A stretch of DNA of 64,000 nucleotides from an uncultured bacterium (GTDB taxonomy: Bacteria; Armatimonadota; JACIXR01), in assembly GCA_964452465.1 (NCBI GenBank), contig CAYVMD010000001.1:18604-82603 (forward strand). Reading direction: 5' to 3'. Of the stretch, positions 47,453-57,546 are shown one piece after another. Position 1 is the first letter of the stretch. Each line of letters begins with the position of its first letter. A program made the position numbers and the translations under genes. The notes under the pieces were generated by a model. It was not told where the DNA came from and did no database searches. It saw nothing but the letters and a program-made list of their open reading frames with translations.

Positions 47453-50400
47453 ATGAAATTATTTACACTTTTACGAATATCTCTGTTCTCGTTAGGGAAA
47501 TGTAAGCCTAAAGAGGCTTATGGCAGGAGAAGTTTGGTGATGGTTTCCCTGGTGGCAATGGCTTTGGGGAGAGCCTTTGGACAGTTCCTCTTCTTCCTTC
47601 CCGAGCCAAGGAGCGCCTTTTGGCAGAACGAATCCATTCCCCTTGTCATCTACGCGCAGACTCCCCTAAATTCCGCCATCAAAGTATCCGCGGTGGCTCC
47701 GGGGCAGGAGGGGATAACCCTTTGGGAGGGGAAGCTTTCCCTTCTAGCGGGGGGAAGCAAGGTGTGGGAGCTTCCCCCCTACACCCTTCGCCCTGGTAGA
47801 TACAAATTGGTAGCGGAGGCGGAGGGGATAAGGAGAGAGACGGAGATAACCATAGCTGATCCCGTATTGGATACTCTCTTCCTCTTTGGGCTGACTGGCT
47901 CCCCCCAAGTGAATGCCCAAGTGGGTTCCTCTTGGCTCCCCATGATAGATCTCTATAACTTCGCCAAGGTAGACGACCGGGGCGAGTTCCTGCCCGATCC
48001 CTTTCTGCCCTCTCAAATGGAAAGGGGATTCGAGAGCGCCATTCTCCATAATTTCGTGGGGATGATCTGGCAAGGGCTTTGGAGCGGTTATGTCATTCAT
48101 CAGCCCTTCGATTACAACGCCTCATACCTCGATCCAGCGGTTTGGGAAGCAGCGATGCAAATGGCGGAATTGGGAGCCCAAAGGGCGCGTAGGTTCGCCC
48201 AAACGGTGGTCACCTTAGGAGCGATGGACGAGCCGGGCTTGAATTATGGCGTGGTGCAAGAGGGGAAGTTCACGGGGCAAATCATGACTCTCTTTCCCGA
48301 TGGGTTCGTCCGTTCCGCTTACGAGGGGGCGACGGGTAAACCTCTCCTTCCCGACCCCAGGACTCTTCCTGATGATGAGTGGCTCCGATGGTTTCGCTGG
48401 CGGGCAGGGATAATTCCCCAATTCATGTCCCAGGCGAAAGCCCACTTCAGCCGCATACCAAGCGATATCCTCTGGGGGCAGGATGCCTACGCCTCCCACG
48501 CCTTGAACGACGGTACCCATCCCTTCCATCAGTCTCCTAACGATATACCCGTCACCCATACCTTCATGTTCTGGCGAGGTGCCTGCGAGCAGGATTGGAA
48601 CCTCCTCCTGGAAAGATGTGGCTTCCGCCATTCCCGTTGCCATTTCGCCTCCAACACCAACTACTTCGTCCTCAATAACCCCGACGAAAGGGACCTTGCT
48701 GATATCGCCACCAATTATCTCATCATGGATGGGGTGGGGATGCTCTGGCACCTCAATTACAGGGAAGCGAATAACTTCCGGGATTCCTTCCGAAGGCTTC
48801 GTCGCTTTGGCACCTTCATCGATAATACCCTTCCCGCTACGCCCCCCATTGGGGTCCTCTTCTCCTTCACCGAGGGGGCACTGCGCCTAAAGGACACGAT
48901 CGATAAGGACAACGACGCCATCTATCGGACCTCCTTTGCCTATGCCTACGCCTGCTATGCAGCGGTGCACACCCTTAGGCGCTTCGGCTATCTTTGCGAC
49001 CTAATCCACGAGGACGAATTGCCCAAGGGCGGTTTGAGGGGAAGGAGAGCTATTCTCCTCACCGGCGTGCGCCATCGCCTTCCAGGGGAGGTGGTGAGGG
49101 AATTGGATTCCTTCCTCCGCCAAGGAGGGATGCTCCTCCTGGATGAGGGTTGTGAGCCCTCCGTGCTCGGATTAGGAAAGGAGGCGCTCGCCCAGGTGAA
49201 GAGGCTGTCGGTGGATTTCGGCGCATTTTGGAACTGGATCCAGGAGAGGGAGAAAAGAAGTGGCGAATTGTTGAAGGAAGGGAGGTATGCGGAGGCAACA
49301 GCTTTAACAAATCAGTGGGAGAGCGATGCCTGGTTGGATAGAATGGCTGATGCCCTTGCGGAACCCCTGCGTAGGTTTCTCGGTCCTCCCCATCTCGAGC
49401 GATCCTCAAGGGGGATAATAGGAGGGCTTTGGAGGAGCGGGGAGGGGTATTACATCTGCCTCTTGAACGATGTCCAATCACCGCCTGAGAAGCCCACGGT
49501 AAGGGTGGAGGTGGAGGGAAAGGAGGTTATGGTTTATCCTGCCTCTTCTTGGGGAGAGGCTAATGGGGTGGAAATCAAGTTCAACTTCCTCTCCAAGCCC
49601 GCTGTTGTTTACCTTGTGGAGGGCAGGAACTGGGACAAGGTGCGAGAGACGAGGATATCCCCCGGCGAGAAAGTGGTCTGGGACTTCCAACCCACGGAGA
49701 TGAAGATCGTGAGCCTTTTGCCCGCTCCCATCTCCGCGGTAGTTGTGCAATGCGAGCTATCCAAGCCCTCCCCGAATCCTCCTCTTCCTCGCTCCATCGC
49801 CCAATGGGTTTGGTGGCGTCAGCACCTTTTCTCCGATGCTCCTCGCTCTTTGAGGGTGAGGGCGGAGGTGAGGGATGAGAAGGGGAGGAGGATCAAGTGC
49901 GCCCTACCCTTAAAGGTAACCGTATGGGGACCTGGTGGAGAGATGGTTCATGCCCTCTTCCGTTCCACTAACGAGGAAGGGATCTACGAGGAGGTGCTTC
50001 CCCTCTCCCCAGGGGAGAAAGGGAGTTGGAGGATAGAGGTGGAGGAACTCTTCTCCCTGAAGAGGGCGGAGGTAGGGGTCTCGGTTGGAAAGGAAACGCC
50101 CCAGTTAAGGGAAGCTCCGGAGGTGCAGATATACGATGAGCCTGCTATAAAGGCTCTTCTTCGTTCTCGCCGTCCCATCACCATTGCCTATGGTAGCTCT
50201 GCCACACCTGAGGAGAAGGCTCTTGCACATGCTTTAGGTAAGGCTCTGGAAAGAAAAGGGGTGAAGGTGGATATCCAGGAGGAGGGAAGGCTTTGGAGGA
50301 AGGAGCGCTATCCGATAATCTTTCCCGCCTACGAGAGGAAGGGGGAGGTATGGGTCGATTTGAGCGTGGAAGAAAGGGAGAAGAGGAGGAAGGAGTGGGA

Positions 50401-50698
50401 TAGGTTATATAATTGGGCGGGGGCGAACGGCTACCCACCTATGCCTCCCCAAGCTTTCCGAGTGGGTAGGGATCTGATCCTCATCGGCACGGATGAGACG
50501 AGTTTACTCGTCAAATCTCTTCAGAGAAGCGGGGTATTGAGGCGCCTTGCCAACGAGAGGTATCCGGGCAAAGGGAAAGGGTTAGTCCAGTATGTTTGGT
50601 CTCCCTTTGCCCTGGGCAAGGATGTGATCTTATTGACCGCCAGCGAAAGGGAAGGCTTGAGCAAGGCGGCGGAAGCCTTGCTTGCCTTAATCAAATAA
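47453..50698 (+). CDS. Large hypothetical protein with a GH42-like trimerisation/GATase-like segment; putative glycoside-hydrolase-like
   Basis: SD TAAGGGAGG lies 8 nt upstream of the ATG at 47453. RAILLTGVRHRLPGEVVRELDSFLRQGGMLLLD resembles the GH42 domain B. 1081 aa. Confidence 0.45.
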   Translation: MKLFTLLRISLFSLGKCKPKEAYGRRSLVMVSLVAMALGRAFGQFLFFLPEPRSAFWQNESIPLVIYAQTPLNSAIKVSAVAPGQEGITLWEGKLSLLAGGSKVWELPPYTLRPGRYKLVAEAEGIRRETEITIADPVLDTLFLFGLTGSPQVNAQVGSSWLPMIDLYNFAKVDDRGEFLPDPFLPSQMERGFESAILHNFVGMIWQGLWSGYVIHQPFDYNASYLDPAVWEAAMQMAELGAQRARRFAQTVVTLGAMDEPGLNYGVVQEGKFTGQIMTLFPDGFVRSAYEGATGKPLLPDPRTLPDDEWLRWFRWRAGIIPQFMSQAKAHFSRIPSDILWGQDAYASHALNDGTHPFHQSPNDIPVTHTFMFWRGACEQDWNLLLERCGFRHSRCHFASNTNYFVLNNPDERDLADIATNYLIMDGVGMLWHLNYREANNFRDSFRRLRRFGTFIDNTLPATPPIGVLFSFTEGALRLKDTIDKDNDAIYRTSFAYAYACYAAVHTLRRFGYLCDLIHEDELPKGGLRGRRAILLTGVRHRLPGEVVRELDSFLRQGGMLLLDEGCEPSVLGLGKEALAQVKRLSVDFGAFWNWIQEREKRSGELLKEGRYAEATALTNQWESDAWLDRMADALAEPLRRFLGPPHLERSSRGIIGGLWRSGEGYYICLLNDVQSPPEKPTVRVEVEGKEVMVYPASSWGEANGVEIKFNFLSKPAVVYLVEGRNWDKVRETRISPGEKVVWDFQPTEMKIVSLLPAPISAVVVQCELSKPSPNPPLPRSIAQWVWWRQHLFSDAPRSLRVRAEVRDEKGRRIKCALPLKVTVWGPGGEMVHALFRSTNEEGIYEEVLPLSPGEKGSWRIEVEELFSLKRAEVGVSVGKETPQLREAPEVQIYDEPAIKALLRSRRPITIAYGSSATPEEKALAHALGKALERKGVKVDIQEEGRLWRKERYPIIFPAYERKGEVWVDLSVEEREKRRKEWDRLYNWAGANGYPPMPPQAFRVGRDLILIGTDETSLLVKSLQRSGVLRRLANERYPGKGKGLVQYVWSPFALGKDVILLTASEREGLSKAAEALLALIK

Positions 50699-50708
50699 GG
50701 GAGGTGCT

Positions 50709-52250
50709 TTGATGATTAAGCGTTGTTTGTTTCTGCTTCTCCTAATTTGTTCCTTGGCTTTCAGCCAAGGGGAGTCTTTGCTTTTGGATGTGCTTTCCTC
50801 GCTGCCCTTCCCCTTGGGGGGAGAGGTTAAATGCGAGAACGCCCTCTGGTGGGAGAACCCCGAGGAGAAGCGGTTCGATGGGAAAAGGGAGGTAGTGGTA
50901 GCGGATCTGAAGGGACCGGGCATCATTACCATGCTCCACTTCGCTATGCCGGAGAGGATGAAGTTGGATAGGAGCCTTATAATGCGCATCTTCTGGGACG
51001 ACGAGAAAAACCCCAGCGTGGAGGTCCCCATCGTGGATTTCTTCTGCGATCCTAATGGCACGCTGGATAGGGTGGACACCGCTTTGGTTAACAAGAAAAG
51101 GGGATGGAACGCCTATTTCCCCATGCCCTTCCGCAAGAGGGCGAGGATCGTGCTTCATTGGGATAATCCTCATGTTCCCGATAGCGCCATATACTCCTAT
51201 GCTCCCTGCTATTTTTATGTGATGTGGCGTTCCCTTCCTTCCCTTCCCAAGGATGCCTTTTACTTCCATGCCTTTTGGCGCCAGGAGACCCTTCTTCTGG
51301 GAAAGAGGGACTACCTATTATTGGAGGCGAAGGGCAAGGGGCATCTGGTGGGCTTGAATGTAACGGTGCGGAGCGTTTATCCCGACCAGGGCTATTGTCC
51401 CGTGGATCAGAATGTTAAGTTCTACATAGATGGGGAGGCGAAGCCAAGAGTGGAATGGCAGGGAATGGAGGATGCCTTCGGCTTCTCCTACGGTTTCCCG
51501 CCCGAGCCAAATTTCTTCCCCTATACCGGTTGGCATCCCTATTACGAAAGGGGCGCCTTCGCCTACAAGTTCTGCCTTAACGACCGCATCTCCTTCCATA
51601 AATCCTTGAGGGTGGCGATTGGCTTTGGCGAAAAGGAGCACCCCATATTCAGGGAGACCTACTCCCAATCCATTCATCCCCTCCAGTTCTCCAGCACCGT
51701 CTACTGGTATCAAAACGAGCCCCATAATCCCTATCCTTCTTTCCTTCCCTATGAGAAGCGCCTTCCCGCCTTAGATGCCATTCAGAAGGCGGAGAGGGAT
51801 AGGAAAGCGAAGGAATTCAGGGAGAAGGGGATAACATTGAGCCTGCGTTGTGGGGATCCTGAGGAGGAGGTGGAGTTTCTGGAGGAAGGATGGGATTACC
51901 GCTGGAGGGAAGGATACTCCTTCTACTCGCCCACCCTTTGGCCAGGGGATGTGAAACACTGCTGGGCGGGCTGGGAGGTCTTGAGTTTCGATATAATCTG
52001 CCCCAAGGGAAGCAGGGGAGTGCTGAGGTTGTTCATCAAGGATGCGGATAACTTCGCGGGAGGAAGGAGACAGAGGATCAAGGTGGGAAAGAAGGATTTG
52101 GGGATCTTCGAGAACTTCCAAGAGGGAAAATGGGTGGAGGTGGAGATAAGCGAGGAGGATACGAGGGAGGGAGTGATATCGGTGGTGATTGAGAACTTAA
52201 AGGAGGGGGGCAACGCGGTGGTCTCCTTCATCCAATTCGTGAGGAGATGA
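50709..52250 (+). CDS. Secreted DUF2961 (GH172-like) family protein
   Basis: Signal peptide. KGPGIITMLHFAM...IFWDDEKNPSVEVPIVDFF resembles the DUF2961 N-terminal motif as I remember it. 513 aa. Confidence 0.5.
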   Translation: MMIKRCLFLLLLICSLAFSQGESLLLDVLSSLPFPLGGEVKCENALWWENPEEKRFDGKREVVVADLKGPGIITMLHFAMPERMKLDRSLIMRIFWDDEKNPSVEVPIVDFFCDPNGTLDRVDTALVNKKRGWNAYFPMPFRKRARIVLHWDNPHVPDSAIYSYAPCYFYVMWRSLPSLPKDAFYFHAFWRQETLLLGKRDYLLLEAKGKGHLVGLNVTVRSVYPDQGYCPVDQNVKFYIDGEAKPRVEWQGMEDAFGFSYGFPPEPNFFPYTGWHPYYERGAFAYKFCLNDRISFHKSLRVAIGFGEKEHPIFRETYSQSIHPLQFSSTVYWYQNEPHNPYPSFLPYEKRLPALDAIQKAERDRKAKEFREKGITLSLRCGDPEEEVEFLEEGWDYRWREGYSFYSPTLWPGDVKHCWAGWEVLSFDIICPKGSRGVLRLFIKDADNFAGGRRQRIKVGKKDLGIFENFQEGKWVEVEISEEDTREGVISVVIENLKEGGNAVVSFIQFVRR

Positions 52251-52357
52251 ACATGCTTCTAAAGGCGTTCCTTTGAAACTTCCTCCTTCTAATAAATGGG
52301 GATAAAATATCCCGACCTCTTTCGGCTCGTTCTCAGATAAAATTTGAGAAGAAAGGA

Positions 52358-54286
52358 GTGAAGAGTATGCCGATAGTTACTTTGTCGGAGAAGACTTATC
52401 GGGATAAGATCTTGGGTTGTTGGTATGGAAAGAATGCGGGGGGAACATTGGGTGGACCTCTGGAGAACCTGTGGGGGAAGGAGGAGCCGTTCAATGTGGA
52501 TTGGTATCCCGTCCTTCAGGAGGGAGGGGTCCCTAACGATGACCTGGAGATCCAGCTCATTTGGCTACAGGCTTTGGAGGATAGGGGCTTGGATATGACT
52601 TGCAAGGATCTTGCGGAGTATTGGTTGGATTGCATTTGGTATAACCCCGACGAGTATGGTTTGCACAAGACGAACCTTAGGTTAGGGCTTCAGCCACCTG
52701 TTTCCGGTTGGTTCAATAACTTCTTCAAGAATTGCATGGGCTCGCCCATCCGTTCTGAGATCTGGGCCTGCATTGCCCCCGGGCTGCCCCATGTCGCTGC
52801 CCTTTATGCCTGGCACGATGCGGTTTGCGACCACGCCGGTGGGGAATCCGTCTATGGGGAGATGTTCAACTCCGCGGTGGAATCCGCTGCCTTTATCATC
52901 TCCGATGTGGATCGTCTCTTGGACATCGGGCTCGCCATGATACCGGAGGATTGTCTCACCGCCAAGGCGATAAAGGCGGTGCGCCAGGCGAAGGCGGAGG
53001 GGTTGGATTGGCTGGAGGCGAGGAAGAGGGTGATGGAGGTGGCCTATAGCCCCATAGCTCAATATTCCCCCATAAACCTCGGCTTTCAAACCATCGGGCT
53101 CCTCTATGGTAAGGACTTCGGCGATGCCATCTGCAAGGCGGTTAACTGCGGATACGATACCGATTGCACGGGTGCCACCGTGGGGGCGATCCTGGGCATA
53201 ATCCACGGGGCGAGCGGTCTTCCCAAGAAATGGTTGGAGCCCCTGGGCGATAAGATCACCACTAATGCCTCCTGGGGTGGGATTCGCAATGTGCGGGAGC
53301 CCAAAGATATCTTCGAACTGACCGATAGAGTGATGAAGGTGGGCAAGGACCTCCTCGCCCGCTACCGCGACCTCATAGCCATAACGGATAAGGACGACCT
53401 CTCCCGGGTGAATGAGCTTCCCTTGGTGGATAAAGCGAGGGCGAAGGAAATCTATTCCCAGCCCTATGACGCAGTGAAGTTCCAGACCTCTCATCTCACC
53501 GTCTTCGTCCGTTACCCCCAAGGTCCTGCCATCCATGCCCAGGGCATGACTCCCATTAGCGCGAGGATCATAAATCGCCAGTATGAGAGGATAAAAGCCT
53601 CGGTTTGGCTCGAGGCTCCCTCTAACTTCTCCGTTTCCCCTGGGGATAGGGTGGTCGTGGAAATACCTCCCCAAAGCGAAAAAGAAGCGGAGTTCCTCGT
53701 CGCAGGACCCGATCCGAGATACATCGACATTTCCCAGCGCCTTTGGCTCAAGGTAACGGTCGAGGGAAGACCCCAGGTGGAGGCTTTCCCCGTTGTCCTC
53801 GTGGGAGCCTATAGGTGGTTGATCTCCCCCCTCTATCCCAACGCTACCCTGGAAACCCCCCTGCCTCCCGAGGATATGGCGAATGCCCAGGAACCTTCCG
53901 ACTGGACGGTGGCGAGTTGGGCGGAGAACGAACTTCCCGTCGAGCGATACTTCAAAGGGCAGAGGGGGGTCATATTCCTCAGGCACTTCATTAAATCCCC
54001 CGACGAGAGGGAGGTGCGCATCGGTGTTCCCAACTCCCACAGGATGCGCCTCTGGGTGAACGGCGTGATGGTGAAGCAGACGGAAGGGATCGTCCCCCTA
54101 CGTCCCAACTACAGTGGGGATGGGAGCAATTATGTGGATGTCAAACTAAAAGCGGGCTGGAACAATATCCTCATAAAGTTGGAACGGGGCGAGGAGCCCC
54201 TCCAGGCGCACTTCACCGTGGCGGAGCCCAAACTTTCCGCCGGTCAACATGACCTCCTTCGAACCAGGTTCCCTTGGGAGGAGTGA
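52358..54286 (+). CDS. ADP-ribosylglycohydrolase (ARH) family protein fused to a C-terminal beta-sandwich (PA14/lectin-like) domain
   Basis: ARH-like N-terminus (ILGCWYGKNAGGTLGGPLE, a degenerate GxxxGDALG) and C-terminal DTDC...GAILG matching the ARH DTDT region. C-terminal ~200 aa are beta-rich (RLWVNGVMV...GWNNILIKLERGE). The start may be the ATG at 52367 after SD AAGGAGTG. Confidence 0.6.
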   Translation: MKSMPIVTLSEKTYRDKILGCWYGKNAGGTLGGPLENLWGKEEPFNVDWYPVLQEGGVPNDDLEIQLIWLQALEDRGLDMTCKDLAEYWLDCIWYNPDEYGLHKTNLRLGLQPPVSGWFNNFFKNCMGSPIRSEIWACIAPGLPHVAALYAWHDAVCDHAGGESVYGEMFNSAVESAAFIISDVDRLLDIGLAMIPEDCLTAKAIKAVRQAKAEGLDWLEARKRVMEVAYSPIAQYSPINLGFQTIGLLYGKDFGDAICKAVNCGYDTDCTGATVGAILGIIHGASGLPKKWLEPLGDKITTNASWGGIRNVREPKDIFELTDRVMKVGKDLLARYRDLIAITDKDDLSRVNELPLVDKARAKEIYSQPYDAVKFQTSHLTVFVRYPQGPAIHAQGMTPISARIINRQYERIKASVWLEAPSNFSVSPGDRVVVEIPPQSEKEAEFLVAGPDPRYIDISQRLWLKVTVEGRPQVEAFPVVLVGAYRWLISPLYPNATLETPLPPEDMANAQEPSDWTVASWAENELPVERYFKGQRGVIFLRHFIKSPDEREVRIGVPNSHRMRLWVNGVMVKQTEGIVPLRPNYSGDGSNYVDVKLKAGWNNILIKLERGEEPLQAHFTVAEPKLSAGQHDLLRTRFPWEE

Positions 54287-54330
54287 GAATCCAATAGAAA
54301 AGAGCGGGGAGCCCATCTAATGCTCAGGGT

Positions 54331-57300
54331 ATGAAGATGAAGATATTATTATGGGTTTTAATGTGTTCCTTCTGTTCCTTGGGGAGAGCAGGCGACTTCG
54401 TAACCCTTCCCTACACCATCCTTTACGATTTCGTGGCGCAGTTTCCCGTTGCTGAAACGGAGGGGGAGATGGGGGCGAGCGTAGGCATAGCCAGCATCGG
54501 AGGGGAGGTTAAACCCGTCCTCCATCTCCATCCCAACCCACCAGGAGCCACCCCCGCGCGGATCACTTATCCGGAAATCGCTCTCCCCTCCCCCAAAAGA
54601 GGGGAGAAGCTCCTTCTCATCTTCAGCATCGGCATCCGGGAGGGTTTCTCCCCCCAGGATAACCCCATCTTCGATGGTTGCGAGTTCATAGTGGAGATAA
54701 ATGGTAAGGAGGTTTATAGGAGGCAATACAAGGAGCAGAGATGGCTAAAGGAGAGCATAGATCTGAGGGATTACGCTGGGAAGACCGTCCGCATTTCCTT
54801 CCTCACCCTTCCCCGCCAGAACCCCGCCTATGATTGGGCAGTTTGGGGTAGTCCTCAAATAAAGATAGAGGGGAGGGAATCCAAAGTGAAGATGAAGGTC
54901 ATCCCCTACCTCCGCTTCAGCGAACTGATGAGGAGGGAGATGCCCTCTCGCATTATAAGGCGGGAGGAAGAGCAGAACAGTTGCACGGTAATCGGGGTGA
55001 TGGATCGCTACCTTGATCTACCCTGCCTTTTGGAGGAGGGCGAGAGAAAAGCAGGGAGGGTTTCCCTCCCCTTCCCGCCAGAAATAGTGGTGGGCGAAGG
55101 GGAGGACCCAGAGAACCACACTCTTATAAGGGTGCTGAATAAATACGGCATCCCCGATATCCAATTCCTCGCCTTTCCTCCCGAGGTGAAGGGAGGAGTA
55201 GAGGTGGGCGTGGGGCGATTTCTCCCCTGGGGGAATTGTATCGTGGCGGCTCCCCTCAGCGCTCGGGATGTAAGAGAAGTACGGATCTTCAACCGGTGGG
55301 GAGGTTTATTAGGTTGTTTCCAGCCGAAAGAGCCCATCGCCCCTCCCTTTGCCCTCGCCGTGGGGGATTTCCTTCCCCCGGAGGGGGATGAAATCGCCCT
55401 TGCGAGTAGGCATAAGGAAGGGGATTCTTTGCTCATGGTTATCTATAATTGCCAGGGGAAGCCCTTAAAGGAGATCCGCCTGGACATTCCGGGGAGGGAC
55501 AAGGTCCTCCTGGTGAGGGGGCATAGAAGGGAGGGAGGCGATGAACTCCTCATCGTTCTGCAGGAAAGCAAGAGGGTAGGGATAATGGAGGCCTTCACCG
55601 ATCGGATAGAGTGGCGGGATTTAGGGGCGGTTGGTTACGAGGATTTGGAGGTTTATCCTTCCATCTTTTCCCCCGAGGAGCTCCTCCTCACGGGAAGGGA
55701 GGAACGGTTATCCACCCTGACCTTCCTTTCCTCCCAGGGCGAAAGGAAGGTAGATGTGGGGAGGAGGGAGAACCTGTTCTGGCTCATGGGGGAGGGAAGT
55801 GGGGAGATCCCTGCAGGACGCTATGTCAAGTGGGGGATATATCGCCATATCCGCACCGATGCCGGCTTTCCTTTTGTCTCCGAGCCCTCCAAGGTGGAAA
55901 ATCCTCCTTCCAATTGGGAGGAGGCATTCCTCCGCAGGTTCAAGGATCTCCTCGATGATTACGATAAATCCCCTCCCTCCCTCTGGGAGCCCTGCTTCAC
56001 CCATCGTTGGTTCAAAGGGGTATTCCAAGCCTGGCGGGAGGTTGTGGATGAACAGGCAGGGCTTCTGAAATATATGATGTTGACGAGGAACAATAACCCC
56101 ACCGAATATGGGGAGTTCGGACGGATCGATTTCTACAACGGGACCTATGCCTTTGGTCTTCCCGCCATCGAGAATATCTACATCCTCCCCCTCCGCCTTT
56201 TCCTGCGGGAGTTGGGGAAGAAGTTTAGGAATAATCCCGAGCATTTCATCGCCGTTGAGCCCAACCACGAACACGAGATAGCGGTGGAAGCGGAGGGAAC
56301 GATGGGGGATTACAACCCCAAGATGGTGCAGGGCTTCTACGAATACCTTCGCAACCTCTATGGCGTTAGAGATCCCCAGAGTCTAAACAGAATCTTCGGC
56401 ACCCAATTCAAGGATTACTTCGATGCCCCTCGCAATTGGGATAGAGGTGAATGGGATTCTTATTCCTTGGGCAATCCCTTCTTCAAGGAATGGATCGCCT
56501 ACAACCGCTATGTTATCAATAGGAGGTTAGCCCAAACCTTCCGGGAAGCGCTCCTGGCGGGCTTTCCGCCCGAGGCGATAACCTCTCATCAGATCCCCGA
56601 TACCTACGCTATAGGAAGCCTCAGCGCCTTTAGCAGTATAAGCAATCGGATAACGCCCATAGATTTCGCTCTGAACGCGGGAACAAGTTACGGCTTCACT
56701 CGCTACGGCGTGTGGTTCGAAAGCCCTCATGACGCTCTGCAGGATGCTCACAATGCCGGATTTAACATGATCAGCCTCGGGGAATATCAAGCCCTCACGA
56801 CTGATGAAGAGACCGCCTATAGGCAGTTGAGGTTCATCTTCCAGCATGGGGGGTATGCGGTGCATTGCATGCACTGGCCAACGGAGGAGTTCAATCGAAC
56901 GATGCGCTACGCCATCAGGAAGTTGGTGGAGAACGAAGAGCCTCGCCCGGGCGTCACCGGAGGGGTGGGATGCGTGCGCGGGGTGGAAGACGAGGGCAGG
57001 AGGTACCTGATCCTTAGTTTGGGAAGGGAGGGGACGGGCTTATTGAAGAGCGTGAAGGAGGACGGTTCCTGGGAGGGAAGCGTCTATGTCGTTCCCTTCC
57101 ACGCCCATGTGGAAGTAGAGAAGGTAAAGTGGCAGAGGAAGGGCAACCTTTTCCTGATGGGTCCCGTGGATTGGCTGGATTCTGGTTGTAACCTGGAGGT
57201 AACCTTCTATGCACGAGCCTCCCTTCCCTCTATTCTTACCATTAGCGTGAGGCGTAAGGGGAGGGATCTGCCCGGCTTGAGGGAGGAAATAAAGTTAGGA

Positions 57301-57495
57301 AGGGAGTGGAAGTTCTATAGGTTCATATTGAGGGTGCAGGTGCCGGTGGAGGATATAGAGATAGCGATAGAGGGCAAGGCGGAAGTGCGGGATATAGATG
57401 CGGTTTTGGAGAAGGAGATGACCCCCAAATTGTGGCGGGGCATCCTCACCGCGCGTCCCCATAAAGGGGGAATAAGGTTTGATATTTGGAGATAA
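54331..57495 (+). CDS. Large secreted hypothetical protein: N-terminal beta-rich / FG-GAP-like region plus a C-terminal TIM-barrel-like glycoside-hydrolase-like region
   Basis: Signal peptide MKMKILLWVLMCSFCSLG. The C-terminal half (NPEHFIAVEPNHEHE...GFYEYLRNLYG) resembles clan GH-A/GH42-like barrels. Coordinates are from the ORF track; my hand count puts the first ATG ~2 nt earlier. Confidence 0.45.
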   Translation: MKMKILLWVLMCSFCSLGRAGDFVTLPYTILYDFVAQFPVAETEGEMGASVGIASIGGEVKPVLHLHPNPPGATPARITYPEIALPSPKRGEKLLLIFSIGIREGFSPQDNPIFDGCEFIVEINGKEVYRRQYKEQRWLKESIDLRDYAGKTVRISFLTLPRQNPAYDWAVWGSPQIKIEGRESKVKMKVIPYLRFSELMRREMPSRIIRREEEQNSCTVIGVMDRYLDLPCLLEEGERKAGRVSLPFPPEIVVGEGEDPENHTLIRVLNKYGIPDIQFLAFPPEVKGGVEVGVGRFLPWGNCIVAAPLSARDVREVRIFNRWGGLLGCFQPKEPIAPPFALAVGDFLPPEGDEIALASRHKEGDSLLMVIYNCQGKPLKEIRLDIPGRDKVLLVRGHRREGGDELLIVLQESKRVGIMEAFTDRIEWRDLGAVGYEDLEVYPSIFSPEELLLTGREERLSTLTFLSSQGERKVDVGRRENLFWLMGEGSGEIPAGRYVKWGIYRHIRTDAGFPFVSEPSKVENPPSNWEEAFLRRFKDLLDDYDKSPPSLWEPCFTHRWFKGVFQAWREVVDEQAGLLKYMMLTRNNNPTEYGEFGRIDFYNGTYAFGLPAIENIYILPLRLFLRELGKKFRNNPEHFIAVEPNHEHEIAVEAEGTMGDYNPKMVQGFYEYLRNLYGVRDPQSLNRIFGTQFKDYFDAPRNWDRGEWDSYSLGNPFFKEWIAYNRYVINRRLAQTFREALLAGFPPEAITSHQIPDTYAIGSLSAFSSISNRITPIDFALNAGTSYGFTRYGVWFESPHDALQDAHNAGFNMISLGEYQALTTDEETAYRQLRFIFQHGGYAVHCMHWPTEEFNRTMRYAIRKLVENEEPRPGVTGGVGCVRGVEDEGRRYLILSLGREGTGLLKSVKEDGSWEGSVYVVPFHAHVEVEKVKWQRKGNLFLMGPVDWLDSGCNLEVTFYARASLPSILTISVRRKGRDLPGLREEIKLGREWKFYRFILRVQVPVEDIEIAIEGKAEVRDIDAVLEKEMTPKLWRGILTARPHKGGIRFDIWR

Positions 57496-57546
57496 GGGAA
57501 CGATAATAGTAGGGGTTTAAACTCCAGGAGAAAAGGAGGGATTTAG

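Noticed and set aside
54329-54333. An exact start-coordinate discrepancy for the 54331 gene
   Set aside because: My hand indexing places the first ATG of MKMKILL at 54329, which is out of frame with the ORF-track coordinates 54331-57495. I could not resolve the difference by eye, so I kept the tool coordinates. The gene itself is not in doubt.
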